This document shows positions 1-8,282 of a stretch of 64,000 bases of DNA, piece by piece. The stretch is from Escherichia phage BEU42: the sequence record OM632669.1; one strand, given 5' to 3'. The notes under the pieces were generated by a model. It did no database searches. It saw only the letters and a list, made by a program, of their open reading frames with translations, and was not told the origin of the DNA. Position 1 is the first letter of the stretch; each line of letters begins with the position of its first letter. A program made the translations under genes and the position numbers.

Positions 1-422
1 CCGGAGAGAATCCTACAGCTAAAACTGCAACTCTTATTAACCATGCAGTAACTGCTGAATCTGCTGGTACTTATAAAGTCATCGTTACTGATGCTAACGG
101 TACTACTATCGAGAGTTCTTCTCTGCTGGTTGTAGGAGTTCAGGAACCACCTGAAGTAGCTTCTATTGTTGCTTATCCAAGTCCACTGGCTCTATCAGTA
201 GCTGATGATATTACTGATGGTAAAACAGTTAAATTTTCTTCCCTGCCTGCTGGCTCTTTGATTGGTACTCTGTCCATTAAGACCCAGCCTGACAGTGGTA
301 AAGCTACTGCTGAGATTAGTGGTAATGTACTGACAGTTAAACCTGTAGCCGCAGGTGACACTACTGTAGTGGTCACCAACGGAACCAAGGAAGTAACTGT
401 TACGGTTAATGTTACAGAATAA
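1..422 (+). CDS. Ig-like (Big_2-type) domain protein, C-terminal fragment; gene starts upstream of the window
   Basis: Open frame from window edge (codon phase from nt 3) to TAA 420-422. Translation is T/V/S-rich with Ig-like strand patterns (AGTYKVIVTDANG; LTVKPVAAGDTTVVVTNGTKEVTVTVNV). Followed by a terminator hairpin. N4 gp17-like decoration role is inferred from position only. Confidence 0.5.
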   Translation, partial: GENPTAKTATLINHAVTAESAGTYKVIVTDANGTTIESSSLLVVGVQEPPEVASIVAYPSPLALSVADDITDGKTVKFSSLPAGSLIGTLSIKTQPDSGKATAEISGNVLTVKPVAAGDTTVVVTNGTKEVTVTVNVTE

Positions 423-443
423 TGTGATTGTTTTTATGAATGT

Positions 444-466
444 AGCCCTCCTTGTGGGGGCTTTTT
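444..466 (+). terminator. Rho-independent terminator
   Basis: GC-rich hairpin (agccctcc..ttgt..gggggct) followed by a T-run, directly after the stop of the Ig-like CDS. Confidence 0.5.
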
Positions 467-491
467 AGTATCTATAGGAGAGTAAATAATT

Positions 492-806
492 ATGGCTAAT
501 AAGAACCGTCTTCGTGTATGGCATATCCCTCAAGTACCCGGCAAAGCCTTCTATGTTGAAGTAGATTCAGTAGAAGAAGGTGTACGTATCATTGATATAC
601 TAGCCAACTATGACCTATTCCAGTATGAGAACAATATCAAAGGTGATTACTGCAATGTCTCTGGTTTACAGATGTATGATGAACATATCACTGATGATGA
701 AATGGAAGAGATGGGTCTGACTGACCGTTGGGTAGACTGGTACTATGAAGATGACCAGAGCTTTTTTGATAACCCGAAAGAGTATTTGAATAATCTCAAG
801 AAGTAA
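492..806 (+). CDS. hypothetical protein (104 aa)
   Basis: ORF with AGGAGAG RBS about 8 nt upstream of ATG 492; acidic C-terminal half; no recognisable motif. Confidence 0.55.
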   Translation: MANKNRLRVWHIPQVPGKAFYVEVDSVEEGVRIIDILANYDLFQYENNIKGDYCNVSGLQMYDEHITDDEMEEMGLTDRWVDWYYEDDQSFFDNPKEYLNNLKK

Positions 807-846
807 TTTCTTGGGGTTAATGACCCTTATTAATTCCTTATCCTTT

Positions 847-869
847 GCCCTCCTATGGAGGGCTTTTTT
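847..869 (+). terminator. Rho-independent terminator
   Basis: Perfect 7-bp stem gccctcc/ggagggc with 3-nt loop, followed by TTTTTT at 864-869. Confidence 0.6.
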
Positions 870-880
870 ACGGAGTACAA

Positions 881-1087
881 ATGTTTAAGTTTTTAGACCT
901 TATCTGGGCAGTCATTTTGCTGGTTGCTACAGGCTTTGTATATGGCTTCTTGCTCCCATCAATGATGTCTGCTTTAGACAGCATCATTGTTGTTATGGGC
1001 TTGATAGTCTGTATTGTGTGGCCTCTTATCGTAGGCCGTATCGTTTATCTTACAGTTAAGAAAAGGATGAGAAGAAAACATGTATAA
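881..1087 (+). CDS. small integral membrane protein (about 68 aa, two predicted TM helices)
   Basis: Track ORF 845..1087 begins inside the terminator hairpin. Internal ATG 881 is preceded by GGAG at 872-875. Product is almost entirely hydrophobic with a basic tail (KKRMRRKHV). Overlaps the next gene by 8 nt. Confidence 0.5.
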   Translation: MFKFLDLIWAVILLVATGFVYGFLLPSMMSALDSIIVVMGLIVCIVWPLIVGRIVYLTVKKRMRRKHV

Positions 1088-1916
1088 GTACATTGCAGTA
1101 GCAATTGCAGGGCTAATCATTGCTCTAAGTTTAACGAGCTGCTATGACCGAGTTGAACCAGGTAATGTAGGTATTATCGTTAACCGTCTCGGTGAAGATA
1201 AAGGCGTGGAAAATGAGGTTAAAGGTGTAGGCCGTTACTGGCTCACTTGGAATGAAGAACTTTATACATTCCCAACCTTTAAGCAGATGAAGACCTATGA
1301 TGGTCTGTTCTACTTCCAACTGTCTGATGGTACTCAGATAGGCCACCAGATGGCTATCAGCTATAAAGTGAACCCTACTAAGGTAACTAATATCTTCCAG
1401 ACGTATCGTAAGGGAGTTAATGAAATTACCGAGCAGGATTTACGCCAACGTATTGCTGATGTACTTAACAGACAGGGTAACCTGATTAACACTGATACAT
1501 TTATTGATGGTGGTAAATCTAAGCTACTAGATAGTGTCACTGACACAATCCGTAAAGAGATGGAACCAGTGGGGATTGATATTATTGCTATCTCCTGGAT
1601 TGGTGCTCCTGAATACCCTGATAACGTTAAACGTGCCATTAATGCCAAAGTAGAAGCTACTCAGAAAACTCTGCAACGTGAGCAAGAGATTCAACAACGT
1701 GTAGCTGAAGCTAATATGGAACGTGAACAAGCTAAGGGTGTAGCTGATGCTATTCTGATTAAAGCTAAAGCAGAGGCTGATGCTATTCGTTTACGTGGTG
1801 AAGCACTCACCGAGAATCCAAATGTAATGCAACTGGAAGCTATTAATAAGTGGAATGGTACATTACCTACCACAATGATTCCTGGGGCTACTACACCTTT
1901 CGTTAATGTGAAATAA
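1080..1916 (+). CDS. SPFH/band-7 (prohibitin/HflC-like) family lipoprotein
   Basis: N-terminal signal with lipobox-like LTSC. C-terminal coiled-coil segment (AKAEADAIRLRGEALTENPNVMQLEAINKWNGTLP) closely resembles the conserved stomatin/HflC C-terminus. 278 aa. Confidence 0.65.
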   Translation: MYKYIAVAIAGLIIALSLTSCYDRVEPGNVGIIVNRLGEDKGVENEVKGVGRYWLTWNEELYTFPTFKQMKTYDGLFYFQLSDGTQIGHQMAISYKVNPTKVTNIFQTYRKGVNEITEQDLRQRIADVLNRQGNLINTDTFIDGGKSKLLDSVTDTIRKEMEPVGIDIIAISWIGAPEYPDNVKRAINAKVEATQKTLQREQEIQQRVAEANMEREQAKGVADAILIKAKAEADAIRLRGEALTENPNVMQLEAINKWNGTLPTTMIPGATTPFVNVK

Positions 1917-1922
1917 CTAAGC

Positions 1923-1952
1923 AAACCCACCATTACGGTGGGTTTATTTTTT
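1923..1952 (+). terminator. Rho-independent terminator
   Basis: Hairpin aaacccacc-atta-cggtgggttt followed by a T-run, immediately after the SPFH stop. Confidence 0.65.
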
Positions 1953-1978
1953 GAAGTTATCTAACACTGGGTATTCCT

Positions 1979-2203
1979 ATGAAAGTAAATGTTTTACGTC
2001 GTAAGAAAGTTCCTTTCTTTCAAATCAATTGTGGTTCATGTTTTCAACACGATGATGACTACTATATGAAGTGTAGTTATCAATCTAAAGAACACTTCTA
2101 TGGTGTGAATTTACAAACAGGGCATCTGTTCACATTTGATAATAATGACTTTGTTTATCCTGTGACTTTAGAAGCATGTATTCCTGACCCACTTAATAAA
2201 TAG
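1979..2203 (+). CDS. hypothetical protein (74 aa, Cys-containing)
   Basis: ORF only; weak RBS. Confidence 0.4.
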   Translation: MKVNVLRRKKVPFFQINCGSCFQHDDDYYMKCSYQSKEHFYGVNLQTGHLFTFDNNDFVYPVTLEACIPDPLNK

Positions 2204-2204
2204 T

Positions 2205-2561
2205 ATGGCTCAAGAAAAGAATCGTCGTCAGACACTTATCGAACGTATTCAGGCCAGAATCAAATTACAGGACTTAGGCTATACCGTTAATGGTCAGCCT
2301 AGCCTCTGTCACATCTGGACTGGTTCACATTCAGGTAATGGACGCGGTGGGCAATATGGCAGGATTTCCGTGAATGGAGTTACCTCTGCAACTCACATTA
2401 TTGCCTATACCCATTATCATGGTTATATCCCCAATAAGATGCAAGTAGACCATCTCTGTAATAATCGTCTGTGCTGTAACCCTGAACATCTTGAATTGGT
2501 TACTCACCAAGAGAACCAGAGAAGAAGGGCTAAGCGTTCTAAATCTAAAGGAAATAAATAA
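2205..2561 (+). CDS. HNH endonuclease (free-standing homing-endonuclease-like)
   Basis: HNH signature with zinc ligands: DHLCNNRLCCNPEHLELVTHQEN, plus upstream CHIWTGS...G. 118 aa. Start codon uncertain (no obvious RBS). Confidence 0.65.
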   Translation: MAQEKNRRQTLIERIQARIKLQDLGYTVNGQPSLCHIWTGSHSGNGRGGQYGRISVNGVTSATHIIAYTHYHGYIPNKMQVDHLCNNRLCCNPEHLELVTHQENQRRRAKRSKSKGNK

Positions 2562-2732
2562 ATGATTAAAAAACTTATTTGTAAACTTATTGCAGCAATC
2601 TTAATTAGTATTATTGGTATTGCATGGGTAATTTCTACTCCAGATAACGTTATGCAACAAATTTATTATGCTGTATATACATCAACCTCTTTTGTTTGGG
2701 TTTATGTAATGTACCGTATTTGTAGCGACTAA
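2562..2732 (+). CDS. possible small membrane protein (56 aa)
   Basis: Untracked short ORF ATG 2562 to TAA 2730-2732, single hydrophobic helix (LIAAILISIIGIAWVIS); fills the gap between the HNH gene and the ATPase gene. Confidence 0.3.
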   Translation: MIKKLICKLIAAILISIIGIAWVISTPDNVMQQIYYAVYTSTSFVWVYVMYRICSD

Positions 2733-2761
2733 TACTTAATATAGCTTAACTGGAGAGTAAA

Positions 2762-3820
2762 ATGGCTAGTATTGATTCTATTGCCGTATGTAATCCACGG
2801 CAGGTACGTAAATTTGTTGAACACTGTATCCGTTCAGGATTGGTTCCATTTATCACTTCATCTCCTGGTATGGGTAAATCTGCAATTGTTCATCAGATTG
2901 CAGAAGACTTTGGCCTGAAACTGATTGACCATCGTCTGTCTACTTCAGCACCAGAAGACCTGTCAGGTCTGCCTCGTTTTAAAGAAAATGGTCGTGCTGA
3001 ATTTGCTCCATTTGACGAGCTATTCCCACTGGAAGGGGATACTGTACCTGAAGGATTTAATGGCTGGCTTCTCTTTCTCGATGAGTTTAACTCTGCTCGT
3101 AAAGAGATTCAGGCTGCTGCTTATAAATTGGTACTCGACCGTATGACTGGTCAGAAGAAGCTACATCCTTATGTAGCTATCGTATGTGCTGGTAACAAAG
3201 CAACTGACCGTGCCATTACTAATAACCTGTCTACAGCTATGCAATCACGTCTTATTCATCTGGAAATGGAGACTGATTTTGATGTCTTTATGGAAGATGT
3301 AGCTATCCCTAACAAATGGGATGAGCGTGTAATTGCATTCCTGAATGCTAACCCAAATAAACTGAATGATTTTGAACCAGACCATCAAGAGAAGACTTTC
3401 TGTTGTTCTCGTACATGGGAGTTCGTTAACAAGATTGTTTCCATTCTCCCACCGGGACCGATTGATAGTGAAATGACTCTGCTATTAGCAGGCACTATCA
3501 CCTCTGGTGTAGCAACATCATTCGTCCAGTTTACTCAGGTCTATAGCAACATGGTGTCTTTGAATGAGATTTTGGATAATCCTAAGAAAGCTCGTATGCC
3601 TGAAGACAATAACCTGTTGTGGGCTGTAGTCACTTCACTGATTAACAATACTGACGAAGATAATCATTCGAAAATCTTTGATTACGTTGAACGTATGCCA
3701 TTTACGTTCAAGGTTTTGTACTACCGTTCCGTAGGTAGTCTGGTTCCAGCTTTGGTTAAATTACCGAACTGGCGTGTTGCTGCAATCACATTATCTAAAT
3801 ACGTTCATGGTTCCAATTAA
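2762..3820 (+). CDS. AAA+ ATPase, MoxR/AAA_5-like
   Basis: Walker A SSPGMGKSA and Walker B LLFLDEFNSA; GGAGAG RBS; 352 aa. Sits directly upstream of a vWA-domain gene (N4 gp24-like by synteny). Confidence 0.7.
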   Translation: MASIDSIAVCNPRQVRKFVEHCIRSGLVPFITSSPGMGKSAIVHQIAEDFGLKLIDHRLSTSAPEDLSGLPRFKENGRAEFAPFDELFPLEGDTVPEGFNGWLLFLDEFNSARKEIQAAAYKLVLDRMTGQKKLHPYVAIVCAGNKATDRAITNNLSTAMQSRLIHLEMETDFDVFMEDVAIPNKWDERVIAFLNANPNKLNDFEPDHQEKTFCCSRTWEFVNKIVSILPPGPIDSEMTLLLAGTITSGVATSFVQFTQVYSNMVSLNEILDNPKKARMPEDNNLLWAVVTSLINNTDEDNHSKIFDYVERMPFTFKVLYYRSVGSLVPALVKLPNWRVAAITLSKYVHGSN

Positions 3821-3986
3821 CAAGAAAGGAGTTACAGACCTCCTGTATGTTGCTGGCTTTAACGGTGAAAAAATTACCGTATATGCCCCAAGTCTGGCTG
3901 CTGCTAAACAAAAGGCAGTTGAATACTTTCGTCCAAAGAAACGTGTAGCCCATACCATTTGGGTTCATCTCGCAGAGGAAAACTGA
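3807..3986 (+). CDS. possible small protein (59 aa)
   Basis: In-frame ATG 3807 inside track ORF 3774..3986; overlaps ATPase stop by 14 nt; no clear RBS. Otherwise the 167-nt gap before the vWA gene is non-coding. Confidence 0.25.
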   Translation: MVPINKKGVTDLLYVAGFNGEKITVYAPSLAAAKQKAVEYFRPKKRVAHTIWVHLAEEN

Positions 3987-3987
3987 T

Positions 3988-5130
3988 ATGTCCATGACAG
4001 ATGCTCAATTAACCCGTGAATATGACAGATGTCAGGCTAAAGCCTTTATGGGCAAAACTGCTGCATTCTTTGGTTCACTGTTATGTTCTCTGAAGTTCCG
4101 TTGGGTAAAAGATGGCTGTGATACAGCACAAACCGATGGTGAGCATCTCGAATGGAATCCTGATTGGTTTGAGAGTCTATTACCTGAATCTCGTGTAACA
4201 GTACTCATGCATGAACTATGGCATGTCGGCTTACTGCATTCTGTTCGTATGGGTTCTCGTGACCCAGAAGTATGGAATTATGCCTGTGATATTTATATCA
4301 ACAATCAGCTTATTCAGGATGGCTACAGCTTTATAGGAATCGAAAATTGCTGGAAAGACTCTAAGTATGCTGGTTGGGCTGAAGAACAAATCTATGATGA
4401 CCTCATGAGCAAACAGATACGTCCTCCTAAAGCATCAGGTGCTTTTGGGGCTGGCTCAGGTGGTGACATGAAACCTTCCACTTCGAAGGCTAGTCAGGTA
4501 AATATTGTCAATAATGTAGTAAGAGCCATGCACCAACAGAAACTATCTGGTGGTTCTTTGCCTGGGGTATTACCTGGAAAAATGGAAGAAGTTATTACTC
4601 AATTCCTGAAACCAGTAGTACCGTGGCAGGTCTTACTTGAACGCTTCTTCAATGACCTGCAAGAAACTTACTACTCATGGCAACGGCCTAATCGTAGATA
4701 CCCTGATATGTACCTACCATCTCCTATGGATGATGACGGTAGACTGGAACATCTGGCTTATTTCCTCGATACATCTGGCTCCATTAAACCTAAAGATGCT
4801 TTACGCTTTAGCTCTGAAGTGGCCTATGTAAAAGAGAAATACCAGCCTCAGAAGATGACTCTAGTTCAGTTCACTACAGAGATTGTAGATGAACAAGTCA
4901 TTGAAGATGGTGATAAGTTTACTGATGTCACTATCAAAGGACGGGGTGGTACTAGTCTGGTTCCTGTACGTGAGTGGATTATTAAGCATAAGCCTACTGC
5001 TGCCATTATCTTTACTGACTTAGAAGTCAGACCGATGGAGCCATTGCCATTTGACATTCCTGTCATATGGGTAGTTATTCGTAACCCTGGTGCACAAGTT
5101 CCATTTGGGAAAGTTATTAACATTACATGA
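3988..5130 (+). CDS. vWA-domain protein with N-terminal HExxH putative metallopeptidase-like domain
   Basis: MIDAS-type motif DTSGS (AYFLDTSGSIKPKD) and upstream MHELWHVGLLH; GAGGAAA RBS; 380 aa. Partner of the preceding MoxR-like ATPase (N4 gp25-like by synteny). Confidence 0.65.
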   Translation: MSMTDAQLTREYDRCQAKAFMGKTAAFFGSLLCSLKFRWVKDGCDTAQTDGEHLEWNPDWFESLLPESRVTVLMHELWHVGLLHSVRMGSRDPEVWNYACDIYINNQLIQDGYSFIGIENCWKDSKYAGWAEEQIYDDLMSKQIRPPKASGAFGAGSGGDMKPSTSKASQVNIVNNVVRAMHQQKLSGGSLPGVLPGKMEEVITQFLKPVVPWQVLLERFFNDLQETYYSWQRPNRRYPDMYLPSPMDDDGRLEHLAYFLDTSGSIKPKDALRFSSEVAYVKEKYQPQKMTLVQFTTEIVDEQVIEDGDKFTDVTIKGRGGTSLVPVREWIIKHKPTAAIIFTDLEVRPMEPLPFDIPVIWVVIRNPGAQVPFGKVINIT

Positions 5131-5136
5131 GGTTTT

Positions 5137-5643
5137 ATGGTTGTTAATGGAAAACTATTGTTAGGTGCTATACCCATTAAGGGCATGGTTAACAGTAAAC
5201 TCAGTTCAGGTGAGACTACATTTGGACTGGGAGAAGCTGGTTATGACATCCGTATTAAACAGGATGTTACCTTCTACCGATTTCTTGGTTTGATTCCCTG
5301 CATCAAGATTAAGGATGAAGGAAAGACCAAGTGGAAGTTTGGCACTTTCACATTAGCTTCTGCAATGGAACGTTTCAATGTACCTGCTGGCCTAGTGGGT
5401 ATTGTCCATGACAAATCTACATGGGCAAGGCGTACATTATCTGTATTTAATACCGTTATTGAACCAGGATGGTCAGGCTATCTGACTTTAGAACTGGTTT
5501 ATCACGGTCGTAAAAAACTTCATATCCCTGCTGGTTCAGGTATTGCTCAGGTCATCTTCCATGAGACAGTAGAGAATACTACCTACAATGGACGATACCA
5601 GAACCAGCCTAATCAACCTGTAGCTGCTAAGTCAGCTCGTTAA
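5137..5643 (+). CDS. dCTP deaminase / dUTPase-superfamily protein
   Basis: Motifs GEAGYDIRI and VIEPGWSGYLTLELVYHG...GIAQVIF resemble the Dcd/dUTPase-fold signatures; 168 aa. Confidence 0.55.
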   Translation: MVVNGKLLLGAIPIKGMVNSKLSSGETTFGLGEAGYDIRIKQDVTFYRFLGLIPCIKIKDEGKTKWKFGTFTLASAMERFNVPAGLVGIVHDKSTWARRTLSVFNTVIEPGWSGYLTLELVYHGRKKLHIPAGSGIAQVIFHETVENTTYNGRYQNQPNQPVAAKSAR

Positions 5644-5656
5644 TTAAGGAAATATC

Positions 5657-5857
5657 ATGTCTATCTTTACTACTAAGGTTAATGGTCAGAAAGTTACTGT
5701 TGTTGCTCGTAACGTAGCTTACGTTACTGAAAACAGTGAAGGCCGTGGTGTAATTACTTTTACTAACGGTGATTCCATTGATACCCAGGTAGGTTATGAC
5801 TCTATCCGTCGTAACGTAGCTAAAGCACTTGATGGTGCTAAAGACATCGCAGAGTAA
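5657..5857 (+). CDS. hypothetical protein (66 aa)
   Basis: ORF with AAGGA RBS; followed by terminator hairpins. Confidence 0.45.
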   Translation: MSIFTTKVNGQKVTVVARNVAYVTENSEGRGVITFTNGDSIDTQVGYDSIRRNVAKALDGAKDIAE

Positions 5858-5932
5858 GGTGTTTACAGTAATGGGGCTATATAGTAGCCCCATTTATGGA
5901 AATTCCTTTCTCCATTGCTTAGTCCCAACTAT

Positions 5933-5956
5933 GCCCACTTTATGTGGGCTTTTTTA
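5933..5956 (+). terminator. Rho-independent terminator
   Basis: Hairpin gcccac-tttatg-tgggc followed by TTTTTT; a second hairpin (ggggctatatagtagcccc) lies at about 5872-5890. Confidence 0.55.
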
Positions 5957-5970
5957 ATTAGAGACTATGT

Positions 5971-6213
5971 ATGAGCAAACTAGGTATACACGTTTACATA
6001 GATGAAGCCGAGAAGATATACCCCTATACATTATTTAGTTCCAGTGATTTACTTCAGATGAAGGTAAACTCCATCATCGTAAACTACTGGTATAACGATA
6101 AGAATTGGGATTACTGGGCTGCACGACAGAAGAGTAAGAACAAGAAAGATATATTCAAAAGCAAATCAACTCCACATATGTTTCCTTGGTATCACAGAAA
6201 CCGGAGATATTGA
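5971..6213 (+). CDS. hypothetical protein (80 aa)
   Basis: ORF; stop overlaps the next start (TGATG). Confidence 0.4.
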   Translation: MSKLGIHVYIDEAEKIYPYTLFSSSDLLQMKVNSIIVNYWYNDKNWDYWAARQKSKNKKDIFKSKSTPHMFPWYHRNRRY

Positions 6214-6674
6214 TGACAAGAATACCATTTTTAAAACCTAGAAAACGAACACCAAAGCTGTATCAAAAGACCTCAGAAGACGGTTTAGCCTTGAACCAGA
6301 AAGCTATTAAGGCCGTTAGTACACTGGTTCAAGGTAAACAGGATGCTGTTGCTTTACGTCTTGTTGTTGAGCAAATCTTAGTTGCTCTGACACTGGCTCA
6401 AGTAGCTAAACAAGAAGGTAAACAAGAAACCTGTAAAACAGCATTAGGTGCTTTGTACTGGTTGTATAAAGACCTTGCTGACAACTTTGAAATGTCTATG
6501 GATAAGTGGCAGGGCATTTCTTGTGTACTTGCTCTTAGAGAAGGACAGGAATTACTGTCTACTCTACCAAAAGCAGAATTTAAACTAGCCTACACTGGAG
6601 CACATAAGATTGTTCTTGGTTCCAGTAAGGACATCTTTAACCACCTCAAGCTATTCAAGGCTTTCTATGATTAA
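6213..6674 (+). CDS. hypothetical protein (about 153 aa)
   Basis: Track ORF 6186 uses TTG; ATG 6213 has GGAG 6 nt upstream and is stop/start coupled to the previous gene. 3' end overlaps the thyX start by 8 nt. Confidence 0.45.
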   Translation: MTRIPFLKPRKRTPKLYQKTSEDGLALNQKAIKAVSTLVQGKQDAVALRLVVEQILVALTLAQVAKQEGKQETCKTALGALYWLYKDLADNFEMSMDKWQGISCVLALREGQELLSTLPKAEFKLAYTGAHKIVLGSSKDIFNHLKLFKAFYD

Positions 6675-7608
6675 TGCAAAAATCCTCGCTGATAGTATTA
6701 CTCTTTCTGGTGACCGTCTGGTAACAATGGAGCTGGTTTATCCGCGTTTTATTCATTCAGAATTTATGACTCACCGAGCACTTAATCGTAATGCTTCCAG
6801 TAGTCGTGCTATTCCTACCCAACGCCTTATTGAGCAAGTTCGTAATGAACCAGTAATGCCAGTACATTGGGGTAAGAACCAGAAAGGAATGCAGGCAAGT
6901 GAAGAACTCACTCCTATGGAGATTAAGGATGCTGAGTTCATTTGGGAAAATGCTGCCTCTGCTGCTGCTGTGTATGCTGAACAACTTCGTCGTGGACAAG
7001 TACATAAGCAGATTGTTAATCGTATTCTGGAACCATTCACGCATATCCGTGTAGTAGTGACAGCTACTCAATGGAATAACTTCTTTGGTTTACGTATCCA
7101 TCCCGATGCTCAACCAGAGATTTGTGAATTGGCTACTAAGATGAAGGAACAGTATGACCAATCAAAACCCCGTACCTTGTTGGCTGGGGAATGGCATTTG
7201 CCGTACATTACTAATAGTGATTACCTCGATGCTTACGATTATTGCAAACATCAACGAATTACTCGTGATGAACCAAGTAGTGATGAAATTAATTGCCTGT
7301 TAGTAAAAATCTCTGCTGCTCGTTGTGCCCGTGCTTCTTATAACAACTTTAAAGGCACTCCTTCTACTATCGAAGAAGACCTGCGTTTGTTCTCTAAATT
7401 GGTTGAAAGTAAGCCTGTTCACGCAAGTCCTACTGAACATCAAGCAACTCCTCAGCATGTAATGAGTAAAGGCTTAAATGAGCCTACTGACCCATCTACA
7501 TGGGAAAATGGCATTAGCCACATGGACAGAAATTTACGTTTATACTCAGGTAATCTGTGTGGCTGGATTCAATTCCGTAAGCTGCTTGCAGATGAATGCA
7601 TCCACTAA
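6667..7608 (+). CDS. thyX: flavin-dependent thymidylate synthase (ThyX-like)
   Basis: ThyX-like signature HR-x7-S-x-R in MTHRALNRNASSSRAIP. ATG 6667 is in frame with track ORF 6610..7608 and gives a 313-aa product. Confidence 0.55.
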   Translation: MINAKILADSITLSGDRLVTMELVYPRFIHSEFMTHRALNRNASSSRAIPTQRLIEQVRNEPVMPVHWGKNQKGMQASEELTPMEIKDAEFIWENAASAAAVYAEQLRRGQVHKQIVNRILEPFTHIRVVVTATQWNNFFGLRIHPDAQPEICELATKMKEQYDQSKPRTLLAGEWHLPYITNSDYLDAYDYCKHQRITRDEPSSDEINCLLVKISAARCARASYNNFKGTPSTIEEDLRLFSKLVESKPVHASPTEHQATPQHVMSKGLNEPTDPSTWENGISHMDRNLRLYSGNLCGWIQFRKLLADECIH

Positions 7609-7654
7609 GTAGGTCTTTTGTGGGTGTAGACCACTCATAATAAACTCCGCTATT

Positions 7655-7681
7655 TGCCTCCTACATGGAGGCAATTTTTTT
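7655..7681 (+). terminator. Rho-independent terminator
   Basis: Hairpin tgcctcc-tacat-ggaggca followed by TTTTTTT. Confidence 0.65.
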
Positions 7682-7705
7682 GATTCCATGTACATAGGAG
7701 GCCAT

Positions 7706-7939
7706 ATGGCTAAACCACGTAAATTTCGTATTAAGGGTAAGCCTGTAATGGGTAGTGCTGCTGGTCAGTCACATGAGAAAGGAGACATTGTTTATGAATG
7801 CCTTCAGTATGATTACGGCGTTGCTCATGATGACACTCGTGCTACTGGTGTCCCACATACCTCAGTAACTCTTGAGGAAGATGGTAGCTACCCATTCTTC
7901 ACTGTTCCTACTCATAACCTGGAAGAAATTCATGATTGA
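7706..7939 (+). CDS. hypothetical protein (77 aa)
   Basis: Strong RBS AGGAGG 5 nt upstream of ATG 7706 (track ORF begins 7688). Confidence 0.5.
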   Translation: MAKPRKFRIKGKPVMGSAAGQSHEKGDIVYECLQYDYGVAHDDTRATGVPHTSVTLEEDGSYPFFTVPTHNLEEIHD

Positions 7940-8258
7940 CCCAAATATCATCCATGCCAAAACAGGCGAATCCCATAAGCTGTCTGAATATTCCAAAGTA
8001 GAAGATATTGCAGTTTGTCCTGCAAATATTGCTTCTCTTTGTATCTGTATTGCAGAGCTATCTAAAGAACGCCAACTATGGCTATCTCCTAATAAAACAA
8101 TGGTTCAGGCAGGTCTGGCAGAAGTACAACGTATGCTGGATGAATGGTCTGAAGACCAGATGTTCATTGATGGCAATGCAGAAGCAATAACCGATGACAT
8201 GGCCTCTGATATGGCTGTGTTTGTATTACAAGCAATGGCTGAAAAGCGTAGTAGTTAA
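7932..8258 (+). CDS. hypothetical protein (108 aa)
   Basis: In-frame ATG 7932 overlapping the previous stop (ATGA) within track ORF 7872..8258. Confidence 0.45.
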   Translation: MIDPNIIHAKTGESHKLSEYSKVEDIAVCPANIASLCICIAELSKERQLWLSPNKTMVQAGLAEVQRMLDEWSEDQMFIDGNAEAITDDMASDMAVFVLQAMAEKRSS

Positions 8259-8282
8259 TTAATAATTTACTGGAGAAAATTC

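Noticed and set aside
845-880. Track start codon ATG 845 for the small membrane protein
   Set aside because: ATG 845 lies inside the terminator hairpin (847-869); the internal ATG 881 has a GGAG RBS and is the more plausible start.
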